A DNA stretch of 39,333 nucleotides, from NCBI GenBank assembly GCA_018649885.1, contig JABIHA010000087.1, positions 62,001 to 101,333 of the forward strand. Reading direction: 5' to 3'. Positions 1 through 8,866 of the stretch are shown one piece after another. The translations under genes were made by a program, and so were the position numbers. The notes beneath the pieces are model-generated. The model was not told the origin of the DNA. It did not search any database and was given only the letters and a program-made list of their open reading frames with translations. Positions within the stretch are counted from its first letter, which is position 1; every line of letters starts with the position of its first letter. Source of the DNA: Bacteriovoracaceae bacterium. Lineage in GTDB: Bacteria; Bdellovibrionota; Bacteriovoracia; Bacteriovoracales; Bacteriovoracaceae.

Positions 1-70
1 CCACATGTGGAAAAGAGCTTTTTTCCTTGTAAAAATTGCTGATAAAAGCTATATCTATAAAAACGCAGCT

Positions 71-85
71 TGGAGAATTTCTCCA
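71..85. promoter_or_regulatory. Perfect inverted repeat TGGAGAA-T-TTCTCCA in the pyrB upstream region (possible operator or leader hairpin)
   Basis: Read directly from sequence, 22 nt upstream of the pyrB start. Function is inference. Confidence 0.35.
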
Positions 86-107
86 TTTTGATAAGGACGC
101 TTAATAA

Positions 108-1022
108 GTGTACCCAACAGTCCTAGAAAATATTCAGGACTTAGGAATGGGCCAAATCCAGCAGCTCCTAAGTCTCTCTAAAAAACTCAAAACTAGCGAA
201 ACACAGCCCCCTTCTTTTTCCCCAAACCCTTTTACTGCCGCTTTAATTTTTAATGAGAACTCTACTAGAACCAAATACTCTTTTGCCAAATCAATTATAA
301 ATCTAGATTACCGCTATGTGGATATCAACCCAGAGTCATCGAGCATGAAAAAAGGTGAAGATCTGGAAGAGACACTTTTGACCTTGAAGGCCCAAGGCTA
401 TGGCCTTTTAATCATGAGAACTCCCAATAGTGGAGAATTTTCAAAGTTTAAAAAGCACTCCCCTCTCCCTATCATTAATGCAGGAGATGGATCTAATCAG
501 CACCCAACACAAGCCTTGCTGGATCTTTTTACCATGATAGAGCTAGGTGAGGATCCAAAAGGTAAGACAGTCACTTTTATAGGTGACTGTGCCCACTCTA
601 GAGTGGTCAATTCCCTGGCGCCACTTCTCATCAGCTGGGGAGCAAAAGTCAATTTTTGTGGACCAGATGAATTTATGCCAGACAGTAGTAAGCACAGTGA
701 AGTCAAAAGATTAGGCCAGCTAGAATCTGCTGTGGACGGGTCAGATATTTTATATTTACTCAGAATCCAAAGTGAAAGACATCAAAGTAGAAGCTCAGAT
801 TCATTTATCACTGACTACGCTACAAATTTTCAAGTGAACCAAGTAAGTTTAAAGGGCAAGCGAATACCCATCTATCACCCAGGTCCGGCAAATATTGGAG
901 TGGAAATAGATCACCAAACCCTAAAAGGAGAGCTCTATAGAGGCTACCACCAAGTGGAAAATTCTATTTTTATGAGAATGGCCCTAGTCAAATCCTATTT
1001 CGAACTAGGAAGAGGGCAATAA
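108..1022 (+). CDS. pyrB: Aspartate carbamoyltransferase catalytic subunit
   Basis: Carbamoyl-phosphate motif FNENSTRT, NAGDGSNQHPTQALLDLFT, GDxxHSRV, RIQxER and HPGP. GTG start preceded by AAGGA. Adjacent to carAB and pyrF. Confidence 0.96.
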   Translation: MYPTVLENIQDLGMGQIQQLLSLSKKLKTSETQPPSFSPNPFTAALIFNENSTRTKYSFAKSIINLDYRYVDINPESSSMKKGEDLEETLLTLKAQGYGLLIMRTPNSGEFSKFKKHSPLPIINAGDGSNQHPTQALLDLFTMIELGEDPKGKTVTFIGDCAHSRVVNSLAPLLISWGAKVNFCGPDEFMPDSSKHSEVKRLGQLESAVDGSDILYLLRIQSERHQSRSSDSFITDYATNFQVNQVSLKGKRIPIYHPGPANIGVEIDHQTLKGELYRGYHQVENSIFMRMALVKSYFELGRGQ

Positions 1023-1052
1023 AGCGATGAAAACAAAAATCAGAAAATATTT

Positions 1053-1082
1053 AAAAAGGCCTGTCACTCAGGCCTTTTTTTT
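1053..1082 (+). terminator. Intrinsic terminator/attenuator between pyrB and carAB
   Basis: AAAAAGGCCTG-TCACT-CAGGCCTTTTTTTT: perfect stem, 5-nt loop, 8-T tract, immediately before the carAB RBS (AAGAGG 1083-1088). Confidence 0.85.
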
Positions 1083-1097
1083 AAGAGGTAAAACAAT

Positions 1098-4000
1098 ATG
1101 GAAATTAGAAAACGAAGAGCAAAAGATTGCTTTATCCACTTTAAAAGTGGAGCTATGTTTAAGGCATCTGCATTAACACATAGTAAAATTGAAGATCCCA
1201 TAGGTAGTATCCTTTGGGGGGAGTCGGCCTTCACCACATCTATGTCGGGATACCAAGAAACCCTTACCGATCCATCTTACCTTGGACAACATATTATTTT
1301 TGCCTACCCTCACATTGGAAACTACGCCCCCTGTGATCAAGCAATGCAAGCAAGTAGAAGTTTTGCTACCTGTGCAGTGGCCAGAAATTTTTCTCCCAAT
1401 GATTTTCTAGATTCTCTTGATATCCCTCTGATAACAGACCTTGATACCAGATCGTTAATTAAATATTTAACTCATGAAAAAAAAGGGGTGCTCAGTGCAA
1501 TCAGCTATGACTCCAAGACCCCTAGTGCTGCCCAGTTTGATACAGCAACACTGAGGTGCAATGGTCTCTTAGAAGTCTCTATTGATAAACCTATTGTCCA
1601 CAAAAAAGGAGCAAACCCCATTGTGGTCATGGACTACGGGATAAAAAAATCAATTCTTTTTGAACTGCTGGGGCTAGGCATTCCTCTAGTCCAACTTCCC
1701 TATAATGCCAGCTATGAAGATATTATGAGCTTTGATCCGAGGATGGTATTTCTATCCAATGGTCCAGGGGATCCTGCACATTACCAAGATCAAGTTGCCG
1801 TTGTCTCTCAGGTTCTTAAAACAAAAATACCAATTAGAGCGATTTGTCTTGGACACCAGCTAACAGGCTTGGCCCTTGGGGCCACAAGCTACCAATTGCC
1901 TTTTGGACACAGGGGAACCAACCATCCAGTTAAGAATCACACCTCTGGCGAAATACTCATTACTAGTCAAAACCACGGGCACGCACTTGACCCTGAAAGC
2001 TTAAAAAATGCCCTCAAGAAAAATGCTACAGGTGAAGAATTTATCCTTTCTCACTCATCTCTTTTCGACAGCTCAGTTGAGGGAATTTGTTCTGCAAATG
2101 GAATGATTAAAACAGTTCAGTTCCACCCTGAGGCCAATCCGGGACCAAGGGACGCTCATGTATTCTTTGAAGAAATTGATAGCTACCTTAAGGCCTCTGC
2201 TCCCATTGAAACAATCACTGTCAAAAAACCTGAAAAAGAAATGGGAAAATCAAAAACGATCCCCTATCAAAAAGTTCTACTCATTGGATCAGGCCCCATT
2301 AAAATTGGACAAGCTTCAGAGTTTGATTACTCTGGCACCCAGGCATTAAAGTCATTACAAGAAATCGGTGTAAAGGTTGTACTTATTAATTCAAATCCTG
2401 CCACCATCATGACAGACAAGTCTCTGGCCCATAAAACTTATATAGAGCCCATTACTATCCCTACGATAAAATCAATTATTGAAAAAGAAAATGTTGATGC
2501 CATCATTTCTACAATGGGCGGGCAAACAGCTCTAAACACATGCGTGGAATTAGAAGATACTGGTTATCTAAAAGAAAAAGGAGTCGTTCTTTTAGGCTCT
2601 AACTCAAATACAATTGAAATTACTGAAGACCGAGAAAAGTTCACAGAAGTTTTAAATGAGCTTGGCTACAAAACGGGAACAAGAGTTAAGGCCTACGACA
2701 AAGAAGAGGCCATAAAAATATGTGAAAATGAACTTAGCTATCCTTGCATTATAAGAAGAGATTTTGCCCTGGGTGGCCACGGCTCGGCCATTATTAGAAA
2801 TGTAGCAGAGCTATGTGAGATTTTTACCACAGACTTAAAATTTCCCATCACACTGGAAAAATCCCTTATTGGTTATAAAGAAGTAGAACTTGAAGTGATG
2901 GTGGATTACAAGAAAAATGGGGTGATCATTTGCTCCATCGAAAATATTGATCCCTGCGGTGTTCACACAGGAGACTCCATTACTGTGGCCCCCGTCCAAA
3001 CAATTAGTGATCACTGCTATCAACAGCTTAGAACAATTTCGCTCACTATAGCTAAAAGAGTGGGTGTCAAAGCTGGTGGGGCTAACGTTCAATTTGCCAT
3101 CAATCCTCTAGATGAAGACGATATCATTGTTATTGAAATGAACCCAAGAGTATCCAGATCATCTGCCCTGGCCTCAAAGGCCACCGGCTATCCAATTGCC
3201 AAGATCTCAGCACTTCTCGCTGTAGGATACACTCTTCCTGAAATATTAAATGATATAACTAAGGCCTCACCCGTATGTTTTGAGCCCACCCTCGACTATG
3301 TGGCCGTAAAAATTCCTATTTTCCCTTTTTCAAAATTTCCGCAAACAGATCAATTCCTAGGTCCACAAATGAGATCTGTTGGCGAAGTACTGGGTATAGG
3401 CTCAAATTTTAATGAGGCATTTTTAAAGGCGCTGAGATCTCTTGAAATGGACTTAGATGTTCCCGAGCTTTCAAGGATAAAATACTTACCATCCGAGTTT
3501 ACCAAAGAAAGCACCATGGCCAGACTGGGAAAAAGTTGTGAGCTTTCACTACTCACTGTTTTGGAATCGTTGAGACAAGGAGGCCAAAAAGCTGAAATTT
3601 TTAAGGCCTGTCAAATAACTCCTTGGTTTATTGACCAAATGGAAATCATCAAAGAGTTGGAAGACAAAATCAAAAACTGCAAAGCTTCAATCCTGAGTGA
3701 CTCAGACCTTGTTTACAGAGCAAAACAATTGGGCTTTTCAGATAAATACTTAGCTCGAATCTCACAGCATTCAGAGCGTGAAGTTTTTGAATTTCGCCAA
3801 AAACAAGGTATTCATCCTGTCTACAAGGCAGTAGATACTTGTTCAGCAGAGTTTATTGCCAAAACGCCTTACTACTATAGTACATATCAAAGTGAAAATG
3901 AAGCAGTCCCATTTAACCAGTTGGGTAAAAGAAGTGTTGCCATCTTGGGCTCAGGTCCCAATAGAATCGGGCAGGGTATTGAATTTGACTACAGCTGTGT

Positions 4001-5486
4001 CAAGGCCTCCCTCACTTGTCAGGAGATGGATTATAGGTCGATACTGATTAACTCAAACCCAGAAACAGTATCAACTGACTACGACTCATCTGACAGACTC
4101 TACCTCTCCCCTATTCATAGAGAAGATGTTGAAGAAATTTTAAGGCATGAAAACCCAGAGGGCATCATCACTTGTTTCTCAGGACAAAGTGGAATTACCA
4201 TACGCTCTAACCTGGAGCACGATCAATATACAAGTAAATACCAATTTTTAGGAGTTCCCAAGGAAATTCTAGATCTCACAGAGGACAGAGAACAATTTGA
4301 TCTTGTCCTTGATGAATTTGATATATCAAAAACAAAAACACTCTCCATCAAAGGCCCTGAAAAGTTGAAAGCGGCCATGAAAGAAATTGGTCTACCAGTC
4401 ATGGTCAGACCAAGTTTTGTGATTGGTGGTGAATCTATGTTTATTTTTCATCACTACGAAGAAGTTGATGATATGAATCCACTAGTGCGAGATTCACTGG
4501 AAAAAGAAAATGCCACTCTAATGGTGGAAAATTACCTTGAAGGTGCTACTGAGTACGATGTAGACCTTGTCAGAGATAAGTTTGGTAACACCCAGTTTAC
4601 AATTTGTGAGCATATTGAATATGCAGGGGTACACTCTGGAGACTCCGGAATGGTTACTCCTCCAATTTTGCTGACCGAAAGACTTCTAGGAAAAGTAAAA
4701 AAACTCTCTGTGGCCATTGCTGAAAAGCTTGGTGTTGTAGGACCTCTCAATATACAGTTTGCCATTATGGACCAAAAGATATTTTGTATTGAGGCCAATC
4801 CCAGGGGCTCAAGAACTCTTCCTTTCCTCAGTAAGGCCTTTGATATCGACTTACCTCGCATGGCCACAAAAGCATTACTTGGTGAAACCATCAATCCAAA
4901 AGTAATTGATCACAACGGCTATTTTTGTGTCAAACAAAGTACTTTCCCATTTGATCGCTTCCCTCAAGATGATATTATTTTGGGCCCTAAAATGAGGTCT
5001 ACTGGTGAAACAATGGGTATTGATTATGATAAGGATACGGCCATCTTAAAATCTTACCTTGGCAATTACCCTAACTTAGTAAAAAAGAAAAAAATCTTGA
5101 TGAGTTTAAATGATGCCAACAAGCCAATTGTTCTACCTTATTTAAAAGGGCTTATTAAAGCTGACTATGAGCTCTACGCAACCTATGCCACTGAGAAATT
5201 CATAAGCAGGCTTGGCATCCCTTGCACTAGAGTGGCAAAAGTAACAGAAAAAACGGGGTTAAACTTACTGGATCTTATTAAAGATCCCGAGCTGTGTATG
5301 GTTTTTAATACACCCTATAATAAAGGAAGGGTAAAGTCAGACGGAGAAAAAATCCGAAATGCTTCAATCCAATATGCAGTTCCATGTTTCACTCGCGCCG
5401 AAAATATAAAATCAGTAATGGAGGCACTTCTGCTTTCAGGTAATACACACCCAGAACCAGTAAGTTTACAGGAGTTAACCAATTGA
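1098..5486 (+). CDS. carAB: Carbamoyl-phosphate synthase, small and large subunits fused in one 1462-aa chain
   Basis: N-terminal CarA motifs: FTTSMSGYQETLTDPSY, FLSNGPGDP, catalytic ICLGHQ, TSQNHG, QFHPEA. CarB begins near aa 390 (IGSGPIKIGQASEFDYSG, EMNPRVSRSSALASKATG), has a second ATP-grasp half (LGSGPNRIGQGIEFDY) and a C-terminal MGS-like domain. No stop codon between the parts. Confidence 0.96.
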   Translation: MEIRKRRAKDCFIHFKSGAMFKASALTHSKIEDPIGSILWGESAFTTSMSGYQETLTDPSYLGQHIIFAYPHIGNYAPCDQAMQASRSFATCAVARNFSPNDFLDSLDIPLITDLDTRSLIKYLTHEKKGVLSAISYDSKTPSAAQFDTATLRCNGLLEVSIDKPIVHKKGANPIVVMDYGIKKSILFELLGLGIPLVQLPYNASYEDIMSFDPRMVFLSNGPGDPAHYQDQVAVVSQVLKTKIPIRAICLGHQLTGLALGATSYQLPFGHRGTNHPVKNHTSGEILITSQNHGHALDPESLKNALKKNATGEEFILSHSSLFDSSVEGICSANGMIKTVQFHPEANPGPRDAHVFFEEIDSYLKASAPIETITVKKPEKEMGKSKTIPYQKVLLIGSGPIKIGQASEFDYSGTQALKSLQEIGVKVVLINSNPATIMTDKSLAHKTYIEPITIPTIKSIIEKENVDAIISTMGGQTALNTCVELEDTGYLKEKGVVLLGSNSNTIEITEDREKFTEVLNELGYKTGTRVKAYDKEEAIKICENELSYPCIIRRDFALGGHGSAIIRNVAELCEIFTTDLKFPITLEKSLIGYKEVELEVMVDYKKNGVIICSIENIDPCGVHTGDSITVAPVQTISDHCYQQLRTISLTIAKRVGVKAGGANVQFAINPLDEDDIIVIEMNPRVSRSSALASKATGYPIAKISALLAVGYTLPEILNDITKASPVCFEPTLDYVAVKIPIFPFSKFPQTDQFLGPQMRSVGEVLGIGSNFNEAFLKALRSLEMDLDVPELSRIKYLPSEFTKESTMARLGKSCELSLLTVLESLRQGGQKAEIFKACQITPWFIDQMEIIKELEDKIKNCKASILSDSDLVYRAKQLGFSDKYLARISQHSEREVFEFRQKQGIHPVYKAVDTCSAEFIAKTPYYYSTYQSENEAVPFNQLGKRSVAILGSGPNRIGQGIEFDYSCVKASLTCQEMDYRSILINSNPETVSTDYDSSDRLYLSPIHREDVEEILRHENPEGIITCFSGQSGITIRSNLEHDQYTSKYQFLGVPKEILDLTEDREQFDLVLDEFDISKTKTLSIKGPEKLKAAMKEIGLPVMVRPSFVIGGESMFIFHHYEEVDDMNPLVRDSLEKENATLMVENYLEGATEYDVDLVRDKFGNTQFTICEHIEYAGVHSGDSGMVTPPILLTERLLGKVKKLSVAIAEKLGVVGPLNIQFAIMDQKIFCIEANPRGSRTLPFLSKAFDIDLPRMATKALLGETINPKVIDHNGYFCVKQSTFPFDRFPQDDIILGPKMRSTGETMGIDYDKDTAILKSYLGNYPNLVKKKKILMSLNDANKPIVLPYLKGLIKADYELYATYATEKFISRLGIPCTRVAKVTEKTGLNLLDLIKDPELCMVFNTPYNKGRVKSDGEKIRNASIQYAVPCFTRAENIKSVMEALLLSGNTHPEPVSLQELTN

Positions 5487-6172
5487 AAAAGGTTTTTGTT
5501 GCCCTAGATGGAATGACAGCAGAGGAAGTAAAAGTTTTTCTTACCAGGTACAGTGATGATATTTTCTGCATCAAAATAGGCCTAGAGCTTTATTTAAAAG
5601 AAGGAAGACCTTTTATCAAAGAGATTAAAGATTCATTTGGAAAAGATATTTTTCTCGATCTCAAACTTCACGACATCCCAGTAACAGTTGCCAAATCAAT
5701 TGCCTCCCTATCAGGACTCGATCTGAAATTTTTAACTATTCACCTCTCTGGTGGAGTGCAAATGCTAGAAGCTGCTGCAGTAGCTGCCAAAGAACACCTC
5801 CCAGGCTGTACCCTACTAGGAGTTAGCTACTTAACCTCCCTAGGAAAAAATGAGCTCCATGACATCTATAATATTGATATAGACCAAATGAAAACCCCCA
5901 TGACTAAAATGGCCTTGATGGCAAAGCAAAGTGGAATTGGCGGAATGGTTTTATCAGCGAAAGAGCTTAACCACATCAGTGATATAAAATTAGTCAAAGT
6001 CTGCCCTGGAATTAGACTCAGCTCAGAAATTGAAAAGGGTCAGTGCCAGGACCAAAAAAGAGTGGTTGATCCTAACACGGCCTTTAAAGATGGGGCTGAC
6101 TTTCTTGTCATGGGAAGATCCATAACCCAGTCAAAAAATCCCGAAGCTGTTTTTAAAGAGTTAGACCTCTAA
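5483..6172 (+). CDS. pyrF: Orotidine-5'-phosphate decarboxylase
   Basis: VALD, KIGLEL, FLDLKLHDIPVTV, CPGIR, DQKRV and VMGRSIT motifs. TTG start overlaps the carAB stop, with RBS AGGAG upstream. Confidence 0.96.
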   Translation: MKKVFVALDGMTAEEVKVFLTRYSDDIFCIKIGLELYLKEGRPFIKEIKDSFGKDIFLDLKLHDIPVTVAKSIASLSGLDLKFLTIHLSGGVQMLEAAAVAAKEHLPGCTLLGVSYLTSLGKNELHDIYNIDIDQMKTPMTKMALMAKQSGIGGMVLSAKELNHISDIKLVKVCPGIRLSSEIEKGQCQDQKRVVDPNTAFKDGADFLVMGRSITQSKNPEAVFKELDL

Positions 6173-8234
6173 TTATTCTACCTGACAACATCTCTAGCTC
6201 TTCAGCGCTAATAACTCTTGCGTCATCCCCTTTGAATCCACCCCGACTATTTGATGGAGCTGATGGGCCACAATCTCCAGCACTGCCAGGAGTTCCGCCT
6301 TCTCCCCTTGAGATATTAATATAAACCCCTGAAAACAAAGTTTTGGCACTCCTTTTTATTTCCATGACTCCACCTTTTCCAGGAACTCCCCCATGACCAC
6401 CTTGGCCTCTCAAAACCTTTCCCGCCCTGGAGCTAATATATGACGAACTCTTTACAGCACTCTTCGAGGATTCTGTACATTTAGTCTCCCATTCTCCAAT
6501 CACTTTAACGCTACGACAATTTTTTACTTTGCCACGCACACGGTGGTCTCGTCCCTCTCTTAGCTTAGGGTCACTAAAGACACCGCCAGCGCAATAGGGT
6601 GAATCAAAGCCTTTTGCACCACGACCTCCACTTCCACCTTGTAAATTAAATAAAGAATTTCCAATAAGTGAATTGACTCCGACTAAAGTAATATGCCCTG
6701 AGGCCACCCCCGAGGCACCACTTGATTGTCTTCTCGCAGGAGAGCCTACTTTAATTAAATACTCCGTACCGCTGCTTGTGCAGAAATTCATTCCCGCAAA
6801 GTTGGGATGAAAACCACTTAACTTCCTTGTATGTTGAACAGATTTCTCCCACATCGGATCAACAAAGGGAGTTCCAGGTGTTGTTGCCCCTCCAGACACA
6901 TCAATCCAAGGGTTAATCATTTGCCCAACTTTTAAGCTTATATTTTGCCCATGAGCTACTATCATGGAAAAAGGGTGAAAGCTCATAGTCTCTGCGACAA
7001 TCAATTTCGAGTTTTGAAGCTTTAAGATTCCCGGAGTCATAGTAATATTTTCACCTTCTAAAATCCCTGGATCATGGTAATAAGATGTTTTGGTCTTCCC
7101 CTCATAGTAAGTATGCTCAGAATATAAACTAAGAATCTTTTGTAGAATTTTAACTGATTCACTATAACAGTAACTCTTGTTCTCAGTGCTATCCACAGAC
7201 AAAAGACTTCTGTAAATCTGATACCGGAGAGAAAGGGCCCTAAAATTTTCTAATGCTCCTGCATCTCCTTCATCATTTAACTCAATTGCCTCACAATTTC
7301 TTGGAGTATTTTCTATGTGTTGATATTTTAATCTTTGATAAAATGAAAATAGATCTTCACTGTCTGGATTGTATGAAAATTGCTCCACAGCGTTTTTATC
7401 TCTCAACCAATTCCAATAAATACTCATTTTATTTGCTGTAAATTGAAAATACTCCTCAAATAAAGTCTCCGGGTCTAAAAATGAAAGCTCAGCACTAAGC
7501 TCTTCGATCAATTCTATAATTCTTTGATTCCCAGAGTGAAGAGAATTCGACTCAAGAATATTTCCAAGCCAAAAGTTTTGAAGCTTAAGAGCACCACCAT
7601 CAATGGTTCCACTTGTTCTTGTTCTAAGAAAAAATACCTTGAGTGAGTCAGGTGAATCACGATGAATAGATTTAATTTGTCTCATGTATTTTACAAAAGA
7701 TTCTGGAAGTTTTGTCTCTAATATTCCATCTTGTGCAAGCGGGGAAATCGCCCAAATGGAATTGATATTGACATCCATTTTTTCTAGGCGCTTAAGATAC
7801 CTCTCACCTTGTGCTTCGTTCATTCTATTTTTCAAATAAAATGAGGTGGCCAACCACAAATTTGAAGGAGAGCTTCCAGAAAATGCCCCCTCGAATTCTA
7901 AGGCCAAGTCTAAATCAATTTGGTCATCAACACTTTCAAGAAGATTAAATAATCTCTCCAGTCGATTTGAACGCAAATGGTATTCACTCAAATCTTCTCT
8001 CATTAAAATAGATTCAACATTTTCAATTAAGAGTTGTTTGAAAATGGCCGTCGAAATTGTTTGGTTTTTGTAGTCCACGAGTAATTGAGAAATATTTTGT
8101 ATTTCAACAATTTCCGCGTTCGCTTGTTTTTTCTGTGGCACTCGAAAGCTCTCTGCGCCTCTATTTTTGTCTTCTCTTCCACATCCAGTGAACACAATGG
8201 ATAGTGATAAAACTAAAGCTGTTGCAAATTTCAT
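6153..8234 (-). CDS. Large lipoprotein of unknown function with a helical N-terminal region and a Gly-rich (GxxGxxG) C-terminal region
   Basis: Signal peptide with lipobox VFTG-C, strong RBS AAGGAG, and segments such as GGSGGRGAKG, GQGGHGGVPGKGG and GEGGTPGSAG. Confidence 0.75.
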   Translation of the reverse strand: MKFATALVLSLSIVFTGCGREDKNRGAESFRVPQKKQANAEIVEIQNISQLLVDYKNQTISTAIFKQLLIENVESILMREDLSEYHLRSNRLERLFNLLESVDDQIDLDLALEFEGAFSGSSPSNLWLATSFYLKNRMNEAQGERYLKRLEKMDVNINSIWAISPLAQDGILETKLPESFVKYMRQIKSIHRDSPDSLKVFFLRTRTSGTIDGGALKLQNFWLGNILESNSLHSGNQRIIELIEELSAELSFLDPETLFEEYFQFTANKMSIYWNWLRDKNAVEQFSYNPDSEDLFSFYQRLKYQHIENTPRNCEAIELNDEGDAGALENFRALSLRYQIYRSLLSVDSTENKSYCYSESVKILQKILSLYSEHTYYEGKTKTSYYHDPGILEGENITMTPGILKLQNSKLIVAETMSFHPFSMIVAHGQNISLKVGQMINPWIDVSGGATTPGTPFVDPMWEKSVQHTRKLSGFHPNFAGMNFCTSSGTEYLIKVGSPARRQSSGASGVASGHITLVGVNSLIGNSLFNLQGGSGGRGAKGFDSPYCAGGVFSDPKLREGRDHRVRGKVKNCRSVKVIGEWETKCTESSKSAVKSSSYISSRAGKVLRGQGGHGGVPGKGGVMEIKRSAKTLFSGVYINISRGEGGTPGSAGDCGPSAPSNSRGGFKGDDARVISAEELEMLSGRIIRGLTL

Positions 8235-8366
8235 AGATTCTCCTTGTTAGTGGAGGGAGTTTGGTCAATAATTCACTTTTCTTGTACATAAGAACAAAAA
8301 TGATCTGATTTATTTCAATAATGAAAAGGAATATTCTACATATACTGGTTAGGATTTCATTAGAGT

Positions 8367-8863
8367 CTAACTAATTCTGAGCTCTTTCAACTCTTTGTGA
8401 CTGGTAATACGGTAAATTGTTTTATTATCTTTGTGAAGTTCAAGTCTTTTCAAAATCATAGGCAACGTCTTCTTTTGATAAATAAATGCGACTCTAATTG
8501 CTTTAAAAACTCCAATATACTCGGGGCAATTAGCAGGTAATGACTCTCTTGTTCCAACTCCATTTTGTAAAAATCGAAATATTATATTCAAGATACATTG
8601 ATAAAGAGGGAGATCTAAAAAAACAACGGTGTCAGCTGAATCGATGGCCTCAAGTGATACTCCATCAATAATCCAACTTGCCTTGTTCAGTATTTCTCTT
8701 ATTTTTTTCTTTTTCTCTACTAAAGGTGTTTTTTTCCATCCTGACTGCCAAACGACTTGTCTAATCCAAATTTATCTATCCTCAAATTCTGGCTTAACTC
8801 TTCTGCTAAGGTCATTTTGCCACTCCCTGCATTCCCTGTAATTAATATCTTGGCACTGCTCAC
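8367..8863 (-). pseudogene. Frameshifted P-loop kinase (adenylate-kinase-like / FlaR 'topology modulation protein' family), about 165 aa if repaired
   Basis: GTG at 8863 gives MSSAKILITGNAGSGKMTLAEELSQNLRIDKFGLD. After a 1-nt loss at about 8757 a different frame continues VVWQSGWKKTP...WIIDG...ADTVVFLDLP...GTRESLPANCPE into the ORF-track 74-aa ORF. Confidence 0.82.
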
Positions 8864-8866
8864 TGG

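Noticed and set aside
1..6172. Absence of pyrC, pyrD and pyrE from the pyr cluster
   Set aside because: The window begins 107 nt before pyrB and these genes are often unlinked, so the pathway cannot be called incomplete.
8729..8735. A7 run as a programmed frameshift site rescuing the kinase gene
   Set aside because: Family-like sequence (VVWQSGW) resumes about 20 nt upstream of the run, so the lesion is at about 8757. Slippage at A7 would not restore those residues.
8629..8841. 70-aa + strand ORF
   Set aside because: It is the antisense shadow of the frameshifted kinase on the minus strand.
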